Shown: positions 1-13,827, numbered from the stretch's first letter. The stretch: DNA of 64,000 bases from Octopus vulgaris (GCA_951406725.2 OX597820.1:108562001-108626000); one strand, 5' to 3'. Notes: generated from the letters alone by a model not told the origin. Program-made: numbers and translations.

Positions 1-2303
1 AAGAAACCCACATCCACACCATGTAAGTCTCTCAGGCATTTAGGGAGGATGTTAAAGAGCTGTGGTCCTCTGAAACCCAAGCTGTTGCAGTATCTGGACC
101 TGTATTTTGATGGTGATGTTGGAATCCTTGGCACCATGCAGTGGCGCCCCGTTCTGCGGTTGGGGTAACTTTGAATGCCAAAGTTTGGGACAAGACCCTC
201 CAGGATTTTCCAGATGTATATCACTGCATATCTCTCCCGCCTCCGCTCTAGGGAGAAGAGGTTTAATACCTTCAGTCTTTCCCAGTAGCTGATATTTTGC
301 ATTGAGACGATTTTCTTTGTGTAGCTTCTCTGAATTGCTTCGAGTTCTGCTGTTAGTTTTATATTGTGTGGTGACCACAGTTGGGAGCAGTAGTCCAAGC
401 GGCTGAGGACGAATGTTTTCCATAGGACCATCAGTGTCTCCTTCTCTCTTGTTCTGAAAGTTCAGAGAATCCATCCAGCTAGCCGTCTGCATTTTATCAC
501 CAGATTAGCAATATGCACTTGGAAAGATAGATCATTGCACATGTCAATGCCCAGGTCACGCACTGATTTTGACTCAGGGATTGCAATTCTTCCTGGGCCA
601 GTGTATCCAGTCTGCATGTCGTTTACCTTTGTGTGCCAGTAGCGCAGGGCCTGGAACTTACCTGCATTAAACTGCATGTTGTTGTCCTCAGCCCACCTGT
701 ATATTGTGTCCAGCTCCTGTTACAGATGCGCAATATTTTCAGGGTTTTGTATTGCGTGGGAGACATTTGTGTCATCTGCATAGCTAGCAAGGGTGGTCAT
801 CGTAGCAACTGAAGGCATGTCTGAAAGGGCCACTATGAACATCAGTGGCCCCAAGACAGTGCCCTGTGGGACACCGCTTGTTATTTGCGTTTCCTTGGAG
901 GTGGCTCCATTGCTCACAACTGCCTGTTTTCTGTCTTTTAGGAAGTTGTGCAGCCACTCTCCAAGTTTCCCGCCTATGCCGAGACCGTGCAGTTTGTGAC
1001 AGATCATACTATGGTCGACCTTATTAAAGGCTTTTGCAAAGTCGAGATATATTACATCCATATTTGAGCCATTTAGTAGCTGTTTCAACACCCAGTCATA
1101 GTGTTGCAGGAGCTGTGTTAGGCAGCCTCTACCTGGTTGAAATCCATGCTGGGTGTCAGACAGCAAGTCATTTTCTTCAAGGAACATGATTAGTTTCTTA
1201 CGGACTATTTGTTCCATGACTTTGCTGATGTGTGAGGTCAGAGTGATAGGCCTATAATTTTTAGCATCTGCTCTGCTACCTCCCTTATGGATAGGGCATA
1301 TTACCCCCTCTTTTAATTTGACTGGGAGCTTACCACTTGCAAGAAAGCTCTGAAAAAGAAGCTGTAGCGGTTTTGCAAGGGCTCGTTTGCACGATTTGAG
1401 AAGGATCGCTGGGAATCCATCAGGTCCAGCAGCTGAGTTTGTGACAATCTCATCTATGGCTAGTGTGATATCATCATCTTTGATGTCGATGAACTCTATT
1501 TTTGCCTCTTTGGCCGCAGGTAAAGTGGCAAAGAATTCTTCTGGGTTGTTTACTTGCCTGTGTCCTAGAGGTGTAGTGAACACACTTTGGAACTGTTCGT
1601 TCAGTATTTCACTTATCCTCGTGGGATTTCCTGTGAGAGAGCCATCTTTTTGGAAGAGAGGTCCTATTCTCTGGTGCACTGTGGCTGTCTCTTTGGCAAA
1701 CTTAAAGAAAGCTTTAGGGTTTGATTTTTTATTTTCTATTACCCAAGCTTCTTTATCTGCTCTCTCCTTTTCATGGGACTGATATAGACTTTTCTCAGTT
1801 TCCATTAGCATTCTTTCGTGCCGAGACTTCTCACCACTTTTGGTGTGCTTGCTCAGGTGGTTCGCAATCCTTGTCCGTCGTCTCATAAGAATTCTCCTTT
1901 CTCTAGGGATCCTGTTTTTGTTCTTGTGTGTGCTGGCCCTGCACACTGGGACATATTTGTCACATATGGCTTGTATTATGGACATGAAGTGTTTGTGTTT
2001 CATGTTTATGTCCGGTGTGGAGAGACATTCAGGCCAATCCTGTTTGAGGATCTCTTTCTCAATCAACTTCCAGTTGGCTTTATGAAAGTTTAAGTTGGAG
2101 AGATGGTGGATGCTTCGTATAGGCTGTGTGTCTACGGGGGCTTTTGTTCCATACATAGACAGCTCTATTATGTTGTGATCCGAGATCATTGTCGGCATCA
2201 CATTAACATTATGGATAATATCCATATTGTTTGTGAAGCAGAGATCCAGTATATTATCTGCCCTTGTTGGTTGCAGAACTATTTGCTCCATGAAAGAGGC
2301 ATT
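1..2303 (-). pseudogene. CR1-group LINE ORF2 relic (end of endonuclease, RT, C-terminal domain), running off the window start
   Basis: Motifs [55 protein letters not shown] and YADD. The same frame continues through in-frame stops at 720-722 and 462-464 into RDLGI...VLSRLDYCSQLWSP...SLERRRERY. The 5' end is lost in a (TA)n tract. Confidence 0.92.
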
Positions 2304-2508
<205 letters not shown>

Positions 2509-2913
2509 TCTTTTACTCTTTTACTTGTTTCAGTCATTTGACTGCCGCCATGCTGGAGCACTACCTTTAATCGAGCAACTCAACCCCGGGACTTATTCTT
2601 TGTAAGCCTACTATTTATTCTATCGGTCTCTTTTGCCGAACCGCTAAGTGATGGGGGACATAAACATACCAGCATCGGTTGTCAAGCAATGCTAGGGGAA
2701 CAAACACAGACACACAAACACACACGCACATACATATATATACATATATACGACGGGCTTCTTTCAGATTCCGTCTACCAAATCCACTCAGAAGGCTTTG
2801 GTCGACCCGAGTCTATAGTAGAAGACACTTGCCCAAGGTGCCATGCAGTGGGACTGAACCCGGAACTATGTGGTTGGTGAGCAAGCTACTTACCACACAG
2901 CCACTCCTGCGCC
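2509..2913 (-). mobile_element. tRNA-derived SINE (family A), near full length
   Basis: Minus-strand head GGCGCAGGAGTGGCTGTGTGGTAAG...CCGGGTTCAGTCCC has A/B-box-like motifs, followed by a CORE-like CCTTGGGCAAGTG, an internal microsatellite and a (AGAGTAAA)-type tail. A diverged copy lies at 5394-5715. Confidence 0.8.
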
Positions 2914-2937
2914 TATATATATATATATATATATATG

Positions 2938-2984
<47 letters not shown>

Positions 2985-2995
2985 GTAAGTATATG

Positions 2996-3045
<50 letters not shown>

Positions 3046-3110
3046 AGTATATGTATATGTATATGTATATATATATATATATAGTATATGTACATATATA
3101 TATATGTACA
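2914..3110. repeat. (TA)n-rich microsatellite
   Basis: Direct reading. Confidence 0.95.
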
Positions 3111-3266
3111 TGGAGTGGTTGGCGTTAGAAAGGGCATCCAGCTGTAGAAACACTGCCAGATCAGACAGGCGCCTGGTGCAGCCTCCTGGCTTCCCAGACC
3201 CCAGTCGAACTGTCCAACCCATGCTAGCATGTAAAGCGGACGTTAAACGATGATGATGATGATGAT
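3111..3266 (+). mobile_element. 5'-truncated RTE LINE 3' end with (GAT)n tail
   Basis: GGAGTGGTTGGCGTTAG...CCCATGCTAGCATG...GTTAAAC(GAT)n matches the 3' UTR of the RTE copy at 50707-51558. Confidence 0.85.
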
Positions 3267-3464
3267 ATGTATGTATGTATGTATGTATATACATATGATA
3301 TGTATGTATATGTATATATATCTATGTATATATATACATATATATGTGTGTGTGTATATGTATATGTGCATATATATATGAATATATGTATATATGTGTA
3401 TATATATATATATATGTATATCTATATCTATGTATATCTATATCTATGTATATGTATGTATATA

Positions 3465-3511
<47 letters not shown>

Positions 3512-3512
<1 letters not shown>

Positions 3513-4057
3513 CGGCCATGACAAAAGATCAAGACCTCTGGAGATATGCTGTGACTGCGAAGACCCGGCAAATAAAGTGAGTTCACGGTTGTAATCTACA
3601 CCAGTTTTGAGTAAGCATTAGCCCATTCAAAAGTACCTTGGATCATAGGGCAACCTGATGTGCTTGTGTAGACCTATTGAGTCAAGTACATCAACAGCAA
3701 AATGAAAATCAAATGGAAATTGTAATTGTGATACCCGTGCCAGTGGCACGTAAAAAGCACCATCCAAACGTGGCCAATGCCAGCGCCTTCTCAGGTGGCT
3801 TCCATCCTGGTGTCATGTAAAAAGCACCAACTGATTGTGGCCGTCGCCTCCCTCCTTTGGCCCCTGTGCCAATGGCATGTAAAAAGCAACCATTAAACTC
3901 ATGGAGTCATTGGCGTTTGAAGGGCATCCAGCTGTAGAAACATTGCCAGATCAGACTGGAGCCTGGTTCAGGCTCCTGGCTTCTCAGACCCCAGTCGAAC
4001 CGTCCAACTCATGCTAGCAGGGAAAATAGACATTAAATGATGATGATGATGATGATG
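3512..4057 (+). mobile_element. 5'-truncated RTE LINE (ORF2 C-terminus, 3' UTR, (GAT)n tail)
   Basis: Encodes [19 protein letters not shown], matching the end of ORF 50710-51123, and has the same UTR and tail. Confidence 0.88.
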
Positions 4058-4089
4058 TATATCTATATCTATATGTATATATATATAAG

Positions 4090-4602
4090 CATAAAAACGA
4101 ATCCCAAAACTTTCTGTAAATTCGCAAAGGAAACAGCCACAATACAATATAAAATAGGACCATTGTTGCAAGGAAATGACTCACTGATGGCAGACCCAGG
4201 AAGGACAAGTGAGTTACTCAGTGAACAAATTAAAGAGTGTCTTTGCCTCCCCACCTTGGACACATGCAGATAAAAAATCCAGCTGAATTCTTTCATATTG
4301 CAGCCCTCTTGCAGCTATCAATTACATCAACATTGAGGAAACAGATGTGACAGTGGCCATATCTGAAATGAACTCATGCTCCCCAACTGGTCCTGATGGC
4401 TTCCCAGCCATTCTCATAAAGTCATGTATGCAGGCTTTAGCGAAACCACTTCACATACTTTTCCAAAGTTTCCTTCCAAATGGTATACTTCCTAAAAAGC
4501 TGAAAGAAGGTTTATATGCCCTATCCACAAAGGTGGAAGCTGAGCAGAGGCCAAAAACTACACATCAATCTCCTTGACTTCACATATCAGTAAAGTCATG
4601 GA
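4090..4602 (+). pseudogene. CR1-group LINE ORF2 internal fragment (related to 1-2303)
   Basis: [16 protein letters not shown]...IGPL and [13 protein letters not shown]...LAKPL align to the 720-2561 ORF; frameshifted. Confidence 0.85.
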
Positions 4603-4783
4603 GTGAATCATTAGATATATGTATATATACACAGATGTATGTATATACATGTATATATATATATATAGATGTATATGTATAGCTGTATATGTATTGATGT
4701 ATATGTATAGATGTATTTCTATAGCTGTATATGTGTAGATGTATATTTATATATATATAGATGTACATGTCATATGTACACAT

Positions 4784-5305
4784 ATCATCATCATCATCAT
4801 CGTTTAACATCCGCTTTCCATGCTAGCATGGGTTGGATGATTTGACTGAGGTCTGGCTGCACCAGGCTCCAATCTGATCTGGCTGAGTTTCTACAGCTGG
4901 ATGCCCTTCCTAACCCCAACCACTCTGAGAGTGTAGTGGGTGATTTTATGTGCCACTGGCACAAGGGCCAGTTAGGCAGTACTGGCAACAGTCATGCTCA
5001 AATGGTGTTTTTTATGTGCCACCTGCATAGGAGCCAGTCCAGTGGCACTGGCAACGACCTTGCTCAAATGTTTTCTCACATACCTCCAGCACAACTGCCA
5101 GAAAGGCAACGCAGGTAACAATCACACTCAAATGGTGCTTTTTACGTGCCACCGGCACAGAAGACAGTTTGTTGCTCTGGCAACGGTCATGCTCGGATGG
5201 TACTCTTAGTGCTCTACTAGCATGGATGACAATTTTGGTTTCAGTTTCATTTGCCTCAACAGGTCTTCACAAGCATAGTTTAGTGTCCAATGAAGGAAAG
5301 GTACA
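4784..5305 (-). mobile_element. RTE LINE 3' UTR fragment
   Basis: (ATC)n tail followed by the reverse complement of the shared RTE 3' UTR with its internal subrepeats. Confidence 0.82.
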
Positions 5306-5393
5306 CATTATATACCTTTCCTTCATTATATATACACATAAATACATATATACACCCATACATACCCATACACACACACACACACATATACAT

Positions 5394-5715
5394 AGGTGCA
5401 GGTGTGGCTATGTGGTAACAATCTTGGTTCCAAAAAACATGGTCCTGGTTTCAGTCCCACTGTGTGGTGACTTGGTAGGTGTCTTCTGCTATAGCCTCAG
5501 ACCAACCAAAGCCTTGTCAGTGGATGACGATGACAGAAACTGAAAGAAATCAATCGTATATATATGAATGTATATATGTAAGTGTATGTGTGTTTTTTTT
5601 CTGTGTTTCTCCCTCATCACTGCTTCACAACTGCTGTTCGTTTATTTACATCCCCAAAACTTACTGGTTTCACAAGAAGAAACTGATAGAATAACTACCA
5701 GGCTTATCAAAATAA
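5394..5715 (+). mobile_element. Diverged tRNA-derived SINE (family A)
   Basis: GGTGCAGGTGTGGCTATGTGGTAA...TTCAGTCCCACTG...CCAAAGCCTTGT...GAAACTGAAAGAA is homologous to 2509-2913. Confidence 0.75.
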
Positions 5716-5781
5716 AAAACCCCACTAGGCAGTGTCTCATCTTTTTGTTTGCCCACTCAGTTGTATCTATCAATTTATTTT

Positions 5782-5814
<33 letters not shown>

Positions 5815-6589
5815 TATACACACACACATATATACATGTATGTATATGTGCATATTCATATCTATTATATCACAGCCAATGTCTTTGTGTTACTTATTCA
5901 TTCGAAAACTGCTGCACCAATCCTAATGAAATTTGGAAGACAAAATCCAAGCCTAGGGAGAAGGGTAATGCCGAGTGTTTCGTACAATTTCATGGACCAA
6001 AATTACTGAATGAATAACATTATTAACATTTCTACAGATTGAATGATCACACAGATCCTCTTCTTGATCACTGGTCAAAGTTGAAGTGATCAAACAGAAA
6101 AAGGTGAAAATTCCTAGATTTTGAGTTATGGATGTAATTATTTATAATATTATATATTAATATTAATTAATATTATACTGAGTTTCCAAACGCTTTACCT
6201 TAATAAAAATCAACAAGAAACGTTTTTTTGCTAGTTAAAATTTTTATTCTTCGATTTATATTTTGATAATTTCTGTATATTTTCATACAAGGAATCATTA
6301 GGTATTTGCACAAACAAGAAAAATAAAACAAAAACAAAATATAAAATGTCCAACACTTTTATTGATTTGTCATAATTAGTTTGTATTGACTGAAATCAGT
6401 CTGAAATGGTTAAAAGGTTATAAGTTCACAGCACCAGGCACAAAGGCCAAATTAAAATTTCACAATGTCCGTGCTTTTCTCAAGATCATTATCAGTGTAA
6501 GTAAAGGGAATTGGTTTCAATGAGAAACAAATTAGGCCACAGACTTGTTTGGACCTTTCAACTCTGTAGCACTCACCTCAAAGACAAAT

Positions 6590-7400
6590 ATGAAGATAAA
6601 TAGGCAATTTTAGCATGACCTCAAAACATATCTGGTACATATTTATTGACTCCTGGAAAGGTGAAATTGGGGGCATTTAGTTCAATGAATTCACCAATGA
6701 ATTCAATGAGTTCCCAAGAATTCACTATCTCAACAGTTTTTAATGATAATTGTTTTTAGTATAAACACAAAGCCTGTAGTTTTCATGGGTTAGGTGATTA
6801 CTCCTCACCCACCCTTTATGCCCTTCGCTGGTATTTTATTTTGTCAATCAGCAAAAGGATGAATGGCAAAATTGACAACATGTGGGGTCTGAACTCAGAC
6901 TGTAACTAAAGACTGGAAAGAATTTTATCTGACACTCTAATAATTCTGCCAATCCATCATCCTTTTAATAATAATTCTTTCAAATGTTAGAAGGTCAGCA
7001 AATTTTAAGGAGAAGGAGTTAGTCAATTACATTGACCCCAGTACTTGACAGGTGCTGTATTTCATCGAGCCCAGGAGAATGAAAGGCAAAGTTGACCTTG
7101 GCAAGATTTGAACTCAGAACATAAAGAACCAGAAGACATTGCTGAGCATTTTGTTTGATGTGCTAGCAATTCTGCTAACTCATTAGCTTTCGAATAATAA
7201 TTTCTAGTATAGGCACAAGGCCATAAATTTAGGGGAATAGTTTAAATGATTAAAATCCATCTAGGTATTTACCTGAACTTTGTTGACCTTGCTACGATTT
7301 GAACTCAGGATGTTAAAGAGACAGAAATTGTTTATAAGATAGGCACAAAATCTTAAATTTTAGAAGGAACAGTTAATAACATCGTCAAGTATTTAACCAG
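6590..7400 (-). mobile_element. Cluster of 3-4 decayed tRNA-SINE copies (family C)
   Basis: Recurring GAAAGGCAAAGTTGACCTTG...GATTTGAACTCAG, whose minus strand gives a B-box GTTCAAATC, near 6860-6900, 7080-7120 and 7283-7310. Confidence 0.55.
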
Positions 7401-9090
7401 AATAATGACTCAATTAATTAGAGATTCTGATAATAGGGAGAGGCATAGGATTTAAAAAAATAAAGGGTTTCTTGCAATGTGAGATTTTGTTTTGTTTGGG
7501 GAGGGGGAGAATGAGTATTTTATAATGTTCATGCTTTTCCTCCAAAACAATCACTGAAGGAAACAAAGCTCTTAACTTGGACATAACTTTAGTTGCATGC
7601 AGTCAGATTGCCTTGGATTTATTTCAATGTACACTACATTTAGAAATAATGGTTATGGGGGCATGCAGTGGGTGAATTCATGGTTAGAATGTAAAATAAA
7701 GAGAATGAGATTTCAAAACAGAAGAGAAATAAAAATGTAAGGTTGAGTCCCCTTTCCTCCAGATCAAACAAGGGGGAACTCAAGAAGTAGAAAAAATAAA
7801 TTGAAATGTTATATGAAACACCAAATTTATAAACTCTCATAGCAGTAACTTAGCCAATTGACTGTAGATCTCTGATATGGTTTGTGCTGAAACAGGAGGT
7901 AATGCGCTATCAACAGCCATTATCAGGGAACACAAAGTAAATAATGCATAGTGCAGAAAGGTCTGAAAGTCATGTCTTTATACACTATGTGTGTGTCTAT
8001 ATATATATATATATATTTATAAGTAGTTAAGTTTATGTCCGGTCATAGTGACCAATGGTTTTGCATCCACAAAGACCTTAAACTTATGAACAGCTCATCA
8101 AACTTTAATGCCAAAGACAAATGTAACTCTTCACATCTGGGAGGCAAGAATCCATTATGGTCATTTGGGCAGCAACAAATAAATAGTCCAGGGTCAGTAA
8201 GGATGGCTTATCTCCGTTAGACCAGTTTTGTGTGACCTAAAAGATGGGGAACAAAGGATTTATCCCTTGGGCTGCTTTTGGATTCTAAGGGCCCTTCCGG
8301 GTCTAGTTGGAGAACAGGGTTTCCCATGCTTGCAGCAGGTAGTGGTTGAAATGGATGCAAGGACGGCAAATTTCCTGGTGATTGTTCAGTGATCCAACTT
8401 CCAGGGAGTCTTTGAGTATCCATGCTCCCTTGGGTCTGCAAAGCTTGCAGCATTCACTCCTGTTAATGTAGGGTAATGGCCACTCTAAGATCCTCCACTT
8501 GATATTCTATAGGGTACCTTAATCGTTGAGGCACAATACGTGTCTGGTCAGGGGTGTGATAAATAATTTTTCTGGAATCCTGAAAGAGGACCTGTGGCTG
8601 TACAGTCATCACTTGAAGGCTGTCCCAGCTGACCCAATCTGATATATATCCAGCTACCCTTTTTACACACGCTCACACACACACACAAATTAAACGCACC
8701 TCATGAAACACGTGCAGAAGTGAAATTTGGAACTGAAATAGAAAGTATTAAAATAAATTCTACGATATGGTGTGATGTATATTAGGATTTGATGAATTGC
8801 ATGAGGACTTTTATCTCTAAATGACATATTTTTTTTGAGAATAATTCAATTTATTTGAATCCCTGTGACAGCAGAATTTTTATACCCTAATTAATACATA
8901 ATCATATATATATATATATATATGTTAGTTATCGCCATACTAATATGGCATTCTTATAAAAATAAGAATAAAGCTGTCCGCTTATTAGCTCCATGAGGCC
9001 ATCGCCTTAAGTTAGCTATTTGATACACAAACTGTATCCATATAACCTTCGAACAAGGGAGGTCAGTCGCTCCACACTACTTGACCGGCA

Positions 9091-9132
9091 GCTACAGACG
9101 CGTTTCGGGGTATTGCCCCTTTTCAATGCAGC
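9091..9132 (-). ncRNA. Minimal type I hammerhead ribozyme, U3-A8 core variant
   Basis: Minus strand: GCUGCA UUGAAAA GGGG-CAAUA-CCCC GAAA CGCG UC/UGUAGC. Stem I is 6 bp (one G-U), stem II is 4 bp, stem III is a palindromic CGCG. Confidence 0.7.
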
Positions 9133-9220
9133 GTAGCCAGCCAGTAGGTGTCGCTTCCGACAATCTCTGTTCGATGGTTTTATTTACCTAGTTTCGGTGG
9201 AATACATCCACTTGTTTTCA

Positions 9221-9289
9221 ATAATAGAAATATTAAAATTACTAAGTCTCTCTAAAAGAGAGACTTAGTAATTTTAATATTTCTATTAT
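9221..9289. repeat. Perfect 33-bp inverted repeat with 3-nt loop
   Basis: ATAATAGAAATATTAAAATTACTAAGTCTCTCT-AAA-exact reverse complement. Confidence 0.95.
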
Positions 9290-9611
9290 ATATATATATG
9301 TATATGTATATAATCATACATAATTATATATATATACTGTTATATGTATATATTTTTATTTTTATATATATATATACATACATTTATATAAGTAATCATA
9401 CATAATTATATATATATATATACTTTTATATAAAAACTTACTTGGAGAAAAGAAAAGAAACGAAACGACGCGAGGGCGCTCAGTCATACAATAATTTAAA
9501 AAATAAAATATATGCATACATACATGTATGTACGTACCTACATCTACATGTATATACACATGCATATATATATATATATATATATATGAGTACAGGACAC
9601 CACAAATAGAA

Positions 9612-9914
9612 TATATATATATATATATACACACATATATATATATACATATATATATATACATGTATATATATATATATATACACATGTATATATATAT
9701 ATGTATACACACATATATATATATACACACACATATATATACATGTATATATATATATATATATACATATATATACACATACATATATATATACACACAT
9801 ATATATATATACATACATATATATATATATATACATATATATACATATACATATATATACATATACATATATATACATATATATATATATACATATATAT
9901 ACATATATATATAT

Positions 9915-9949
<35 letters not shown>

Positions 9950-9994
9950 CATATATATACATATATATACATATACATATATATATACATATAC

Positions 9995-10025
<31 letters not shown>

Positions 10026-10034
10026 CATATATAC

Positions 10035-10091
<57 letters not shown>

Positions 10092-10168
10092 CATATATAT
10101 ATACAGATATATACATATACATATATATATACATATATATATATATACATATATATATACATACATAT

Positions 10169-10217
<49 letters not shown>

Positions 10218-10360
10218 CATATACATACATATATATATATACATACATATATATATATACATATATATTATTAGTGAATTGAAGAAATGGAGTTGAATAT
10301 GTATATGTATATATGAATATGTATATGTATATATATACATGTATATATATATATATATAT
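9612..10360. repeat. Long (TA)n/(TACA)n microsatellite
   Basis: Direct reading. Confidence 0.95.
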
Positions 10361-10362
10361 AA

Positions 10363-10702
10363 GGCGCATGGCTCAGTGGTTAGAGCGTCGAGCTTACGAT
10401 CGTGAGGTTGTGAGCTCGAATCCCGGACCGGGCTGCGTGTTGTGTTCTTGAGCAAGACACTTTATTTCACGTTGCTCCAGTTCACTCAGCTGTAGAAATG
10501 AGTTGCGACGTCACAGGTGCCAAGCTGTATCGACCTTTGTCTTTCCCTTGGATAACACTGGTGGCGTGGAGAGGGGAGGCCGGTATGCATGGGCGACTAC
10601 TGGTCTTCCATAAAACAACCTTGCCCAGACTTGTGCCTCAGAGGGTAACTCTCTAGGTGCAAACCCATGGTCACTCATGACCGAAGGGGGTCTTTACCCT
10701 TT
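10363..10702 (+). mobile_element. tRNA-derived SINE (family B), full length
   Basis: A box TGGCTCAGTGG, B-box-like GCTCGAATCC, CORE-like TTCTTGAGCAAGACACTTTA...CACTCAGCTGTA, and a TTTACCCTTTA tail, flanked by (TA)n. Confidence 0.85.
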
Positions 10703-10797
10703 ATATATATGTATATATATATATATGTATATATATACATGTATATATATATATGTGTGTATATATATGTGTGTATATATATATATATATACATGTG

Positions 10798-10828
<31 letters not shown>

Positions 10829-11182
10829 GTATATATATATATGTGTGTATATATATATATATATATTCTATTTGTGGTGTCCTGTACTCATATATATATA
10901 TATATATATATATGCATGTGTATATACATGTAGATGTAGGTACGTACATACATGTATGTATGCATATATTTTATTTTTTAAATTATTGTATGACTGAAGA
11001 AATGGAGTTGAAGAAATGGAGTTGAATATTAAAATTCAATTATCCGCACCAACGCACGGTTGCAACACCATATGGTTGTACCTCCAACCGTGCTTTCTTC
11101 TGCTGTGATTTTTGCTACCAAGGTATCGGTTAAACTTTTGATTAATCTGCAACAAGATTATTCATCTTTCTATTTCACCAAA

Positions 11183-11242
11183 TATATACATATATATATA
11201 TATATATATACATATATATATACATACATACATATATATACA

Positions 11243-11274
<32 letters not shown>

Positions 11275-11323
11275 CATATATATACATATACATATATATA
11301 TATATACATATATATACATATAC

Positions 11324-11356
<33 letters not shown>

Positions 11357-11696
11357 CATATATATACATATACATATATATATATACATATACATATATA
11401 TATACATATATATACATATACATATATATATTATATATATATATACATATATATATATACATGTATATATATATGTATATATATATGTATATATATATAC
11501 ACATATATATATATACATGTATATATATATATGTATATATATATACATGTATATATATGTATATATATATATATACATGTATATATATATATATATACAT
11601 GTATATATATATATATATATACATGTATATATATATATACATGTATATATATATATATACATACATATATATATATATAAATATATATATACATGT

Positions 11697-11739
<43 letters not shown>

Positions 11740-11743
11740 GTGT

Positions 11744-11775
<32 letters not shown>

Positions 11776-11822
11776 ATATATACATATATATATATACATA
11801 TATATATATATACATGTATATA
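11183..11822. repeat. (TA)n-rich microsatellite
   Basis: Direct reading. Confidence 0.95.
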
Positions 11823-13499
11823 TCTCTACATATAAAACTGAAATGCGTTTTTACCGCTTGGATCGCTTTCAATGCCACTACGTCCCGTCTGATTCGCTCC
11901 AAAATTTACAGGGACATGTAGAATGAGGTGACGATGCCCGTGGGCTACCTTAGAAATCCCTTTCTTAAAAGGTGTGGTTGCTAGGGGCCATCTTCCTCAC
12001 TCACGCTATTTCCTCTATTGCTCCTCAACTCACTCTCGCTATTTCCTCTCTTCCCAGAACATTTTCACTCACTCTATCTCTTAGCTTCCCATAACTTTCA
12101 CTTATGTATCTGTCTGCATTTATACAGAGAAACAAATATTCCATCGCCATCGCATTCTATTGTCTACCTGTCAACGTGCCGATCGACCAAATACAAAGAC
12201 AAGGTTACCTGCTTACCAGTCGAATTCAGCGTCAATGCTCACGTATGAGAGAGACTCCAACACACACACATATACATATATATATAAATGTATATATACA
12301 AAGTGTATATATCTGTATTTATGTATAATAAACTTTTTAATACTTTTTGATAGTTACGTAAAGGGAACTGGTTGCTTCTTTACACTTTTTGGGTGCAACT
12401 TGGGTGCGAGACAGATAATTTTCTCTGTTAATTACGTGACCAACAGGGGTCTAACAGGGGGAAATTATGCCTAAACACGAGTGCAGTGCATGTGAACATG
12501 CGACGTGCTTTGAGTCGGGAGAAGAATTGAGCTGACGCAGACGTGTTGCAAAACAAGGGAGTACATGTGCAGAACAGAGGTGCATGAGTGCAATAGGGCT
12601 TGCTAGGCTGAAATACAGTGTACAGTATTGAATATGCCAGTGATTAATACAGTAAGGCTCAGGCTGCCAGCCAGTGCTTGAGCTATTATATGCCTTGGTC
12701 GTGCAGGAACAAAAGTGTGGCATCTGGCGCGTTGTAAGGGACAAACAACTTTCTCTATGTATGTGTGACCAACCTAGGGTCTTACAGAAATGAGTTGTGT
12801 TTACAAGGGCACATTGAGCATAGAAAACAAGCGAGAAAGGCATGTGTGGCGTATGAATGTGACAGAGATAGCATTTGTGTGTGTATTAACTATGTGTGTT
12901 CGTGTGTGCGACAGAAGTACAAACAAGGTGTATGTGGGCAAAACAAAATACAGCGCATAGAAAAAGTCTCTCAGGGTATTTCAGACAAGATGGAGTTAAT
13001 TTACCAGTTCGTAGTAAAGTACATAATAGCAGTTCGTTCTGTAACAGGATGTTCGGATCACAAGTGCAGATGCCGGTTGAACACATGTCGTGTAGCGGTT
13101 GTGGCTTCAATGCTGTGCCAAATTACATTGGTACAGAAGATCTTGCAGGTAGTGCTGTGCTGTTAACCTCGGTGAAAATCATAACAGCGTGAAAGCTAAA
13201 CCTGAATGAGTGCTATGTACATATTAGTGTTGCTAGAGATGAAGGCGACGGAGATGGAGACGACATGAAGTTGAAGGACAACGATGGTGATGGCGACGGC
13301 AGAGAAAGGCGATGTTGAGATGAAGGTGTCGGTGGCGTTGCTGGTGTATGTTAGCGTCGTCATTGGCTGGAGCAGGAACATGACTGGCTGGTCTGGTCGT
13401 CTGTCGCTGGAACTGGAACATGGTTGAGTAAGCTCTGTGTGGATGAAGACTGCGGCGGATTGATTGGTTCAGACTAGGTAGAAACTAGATTTTAGCTAA

Positions 13500-13711
13500 G
13501 TGTTCTATGGTCTATGACCTGAACTCGGGAAACTTAGTTGAGTGTTCTATGGTCTATGACCAGAACTCGGGAAACTTGCTTGACTGTTCTATGGTCTATG
13601 ACCAGAACTCGGGAAACTTGGTTGAGTGTTCTATGGTCTATGACCAGAACTCGGGAAACTTGGTTGAGTGTTCTATGGTCTATGACCAGAACTCGGGAAA
13701 CTTGGTTGAGT
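13500..13711. repeat. 42-bp minisatellite, 5 copies
   Basis: Unit GTGTTCTATGGTCTATGACCAGAACTCGGGAAACTTGGTTGA, head to tail with no spacers. Confidence 0.95.
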
Positions 13712-13827
13712 CCTCATCTTATAAAATGTGGCCCCAGTAGACCCAAATGAAATCGGGTTATATTAACCAAAATGTGAAAAGGGGTCTAAATGGGGCTGGA
13801 AGGGGATTAAAATTTAAAGGAGCAGGT

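Larger units (their letters stand above)
9480..10997. repeat. Inverted duplication (arms ~9480-9770 and ~10703-10997) enclosing microsatellite and a SINE
   Basis: TCAGTCATACAATAATTTAAAAAATAAAA...GAGTACAGGACACCACAAATAGAAT recurs as the reverse complement at 10865-10997. Confidence 0.9.

Noticed and set aside
10363-10435. tRNA gene
   Set aside because: No complete cloverleaf was seen, and it continues into a SINE body and tail.
13500-13711. 42-bp repeat as CRISPR or a repeat protein
   Set aside because: Units are contiguous with no spacers, and the ORF exists only because the unit length is divisible by 3.
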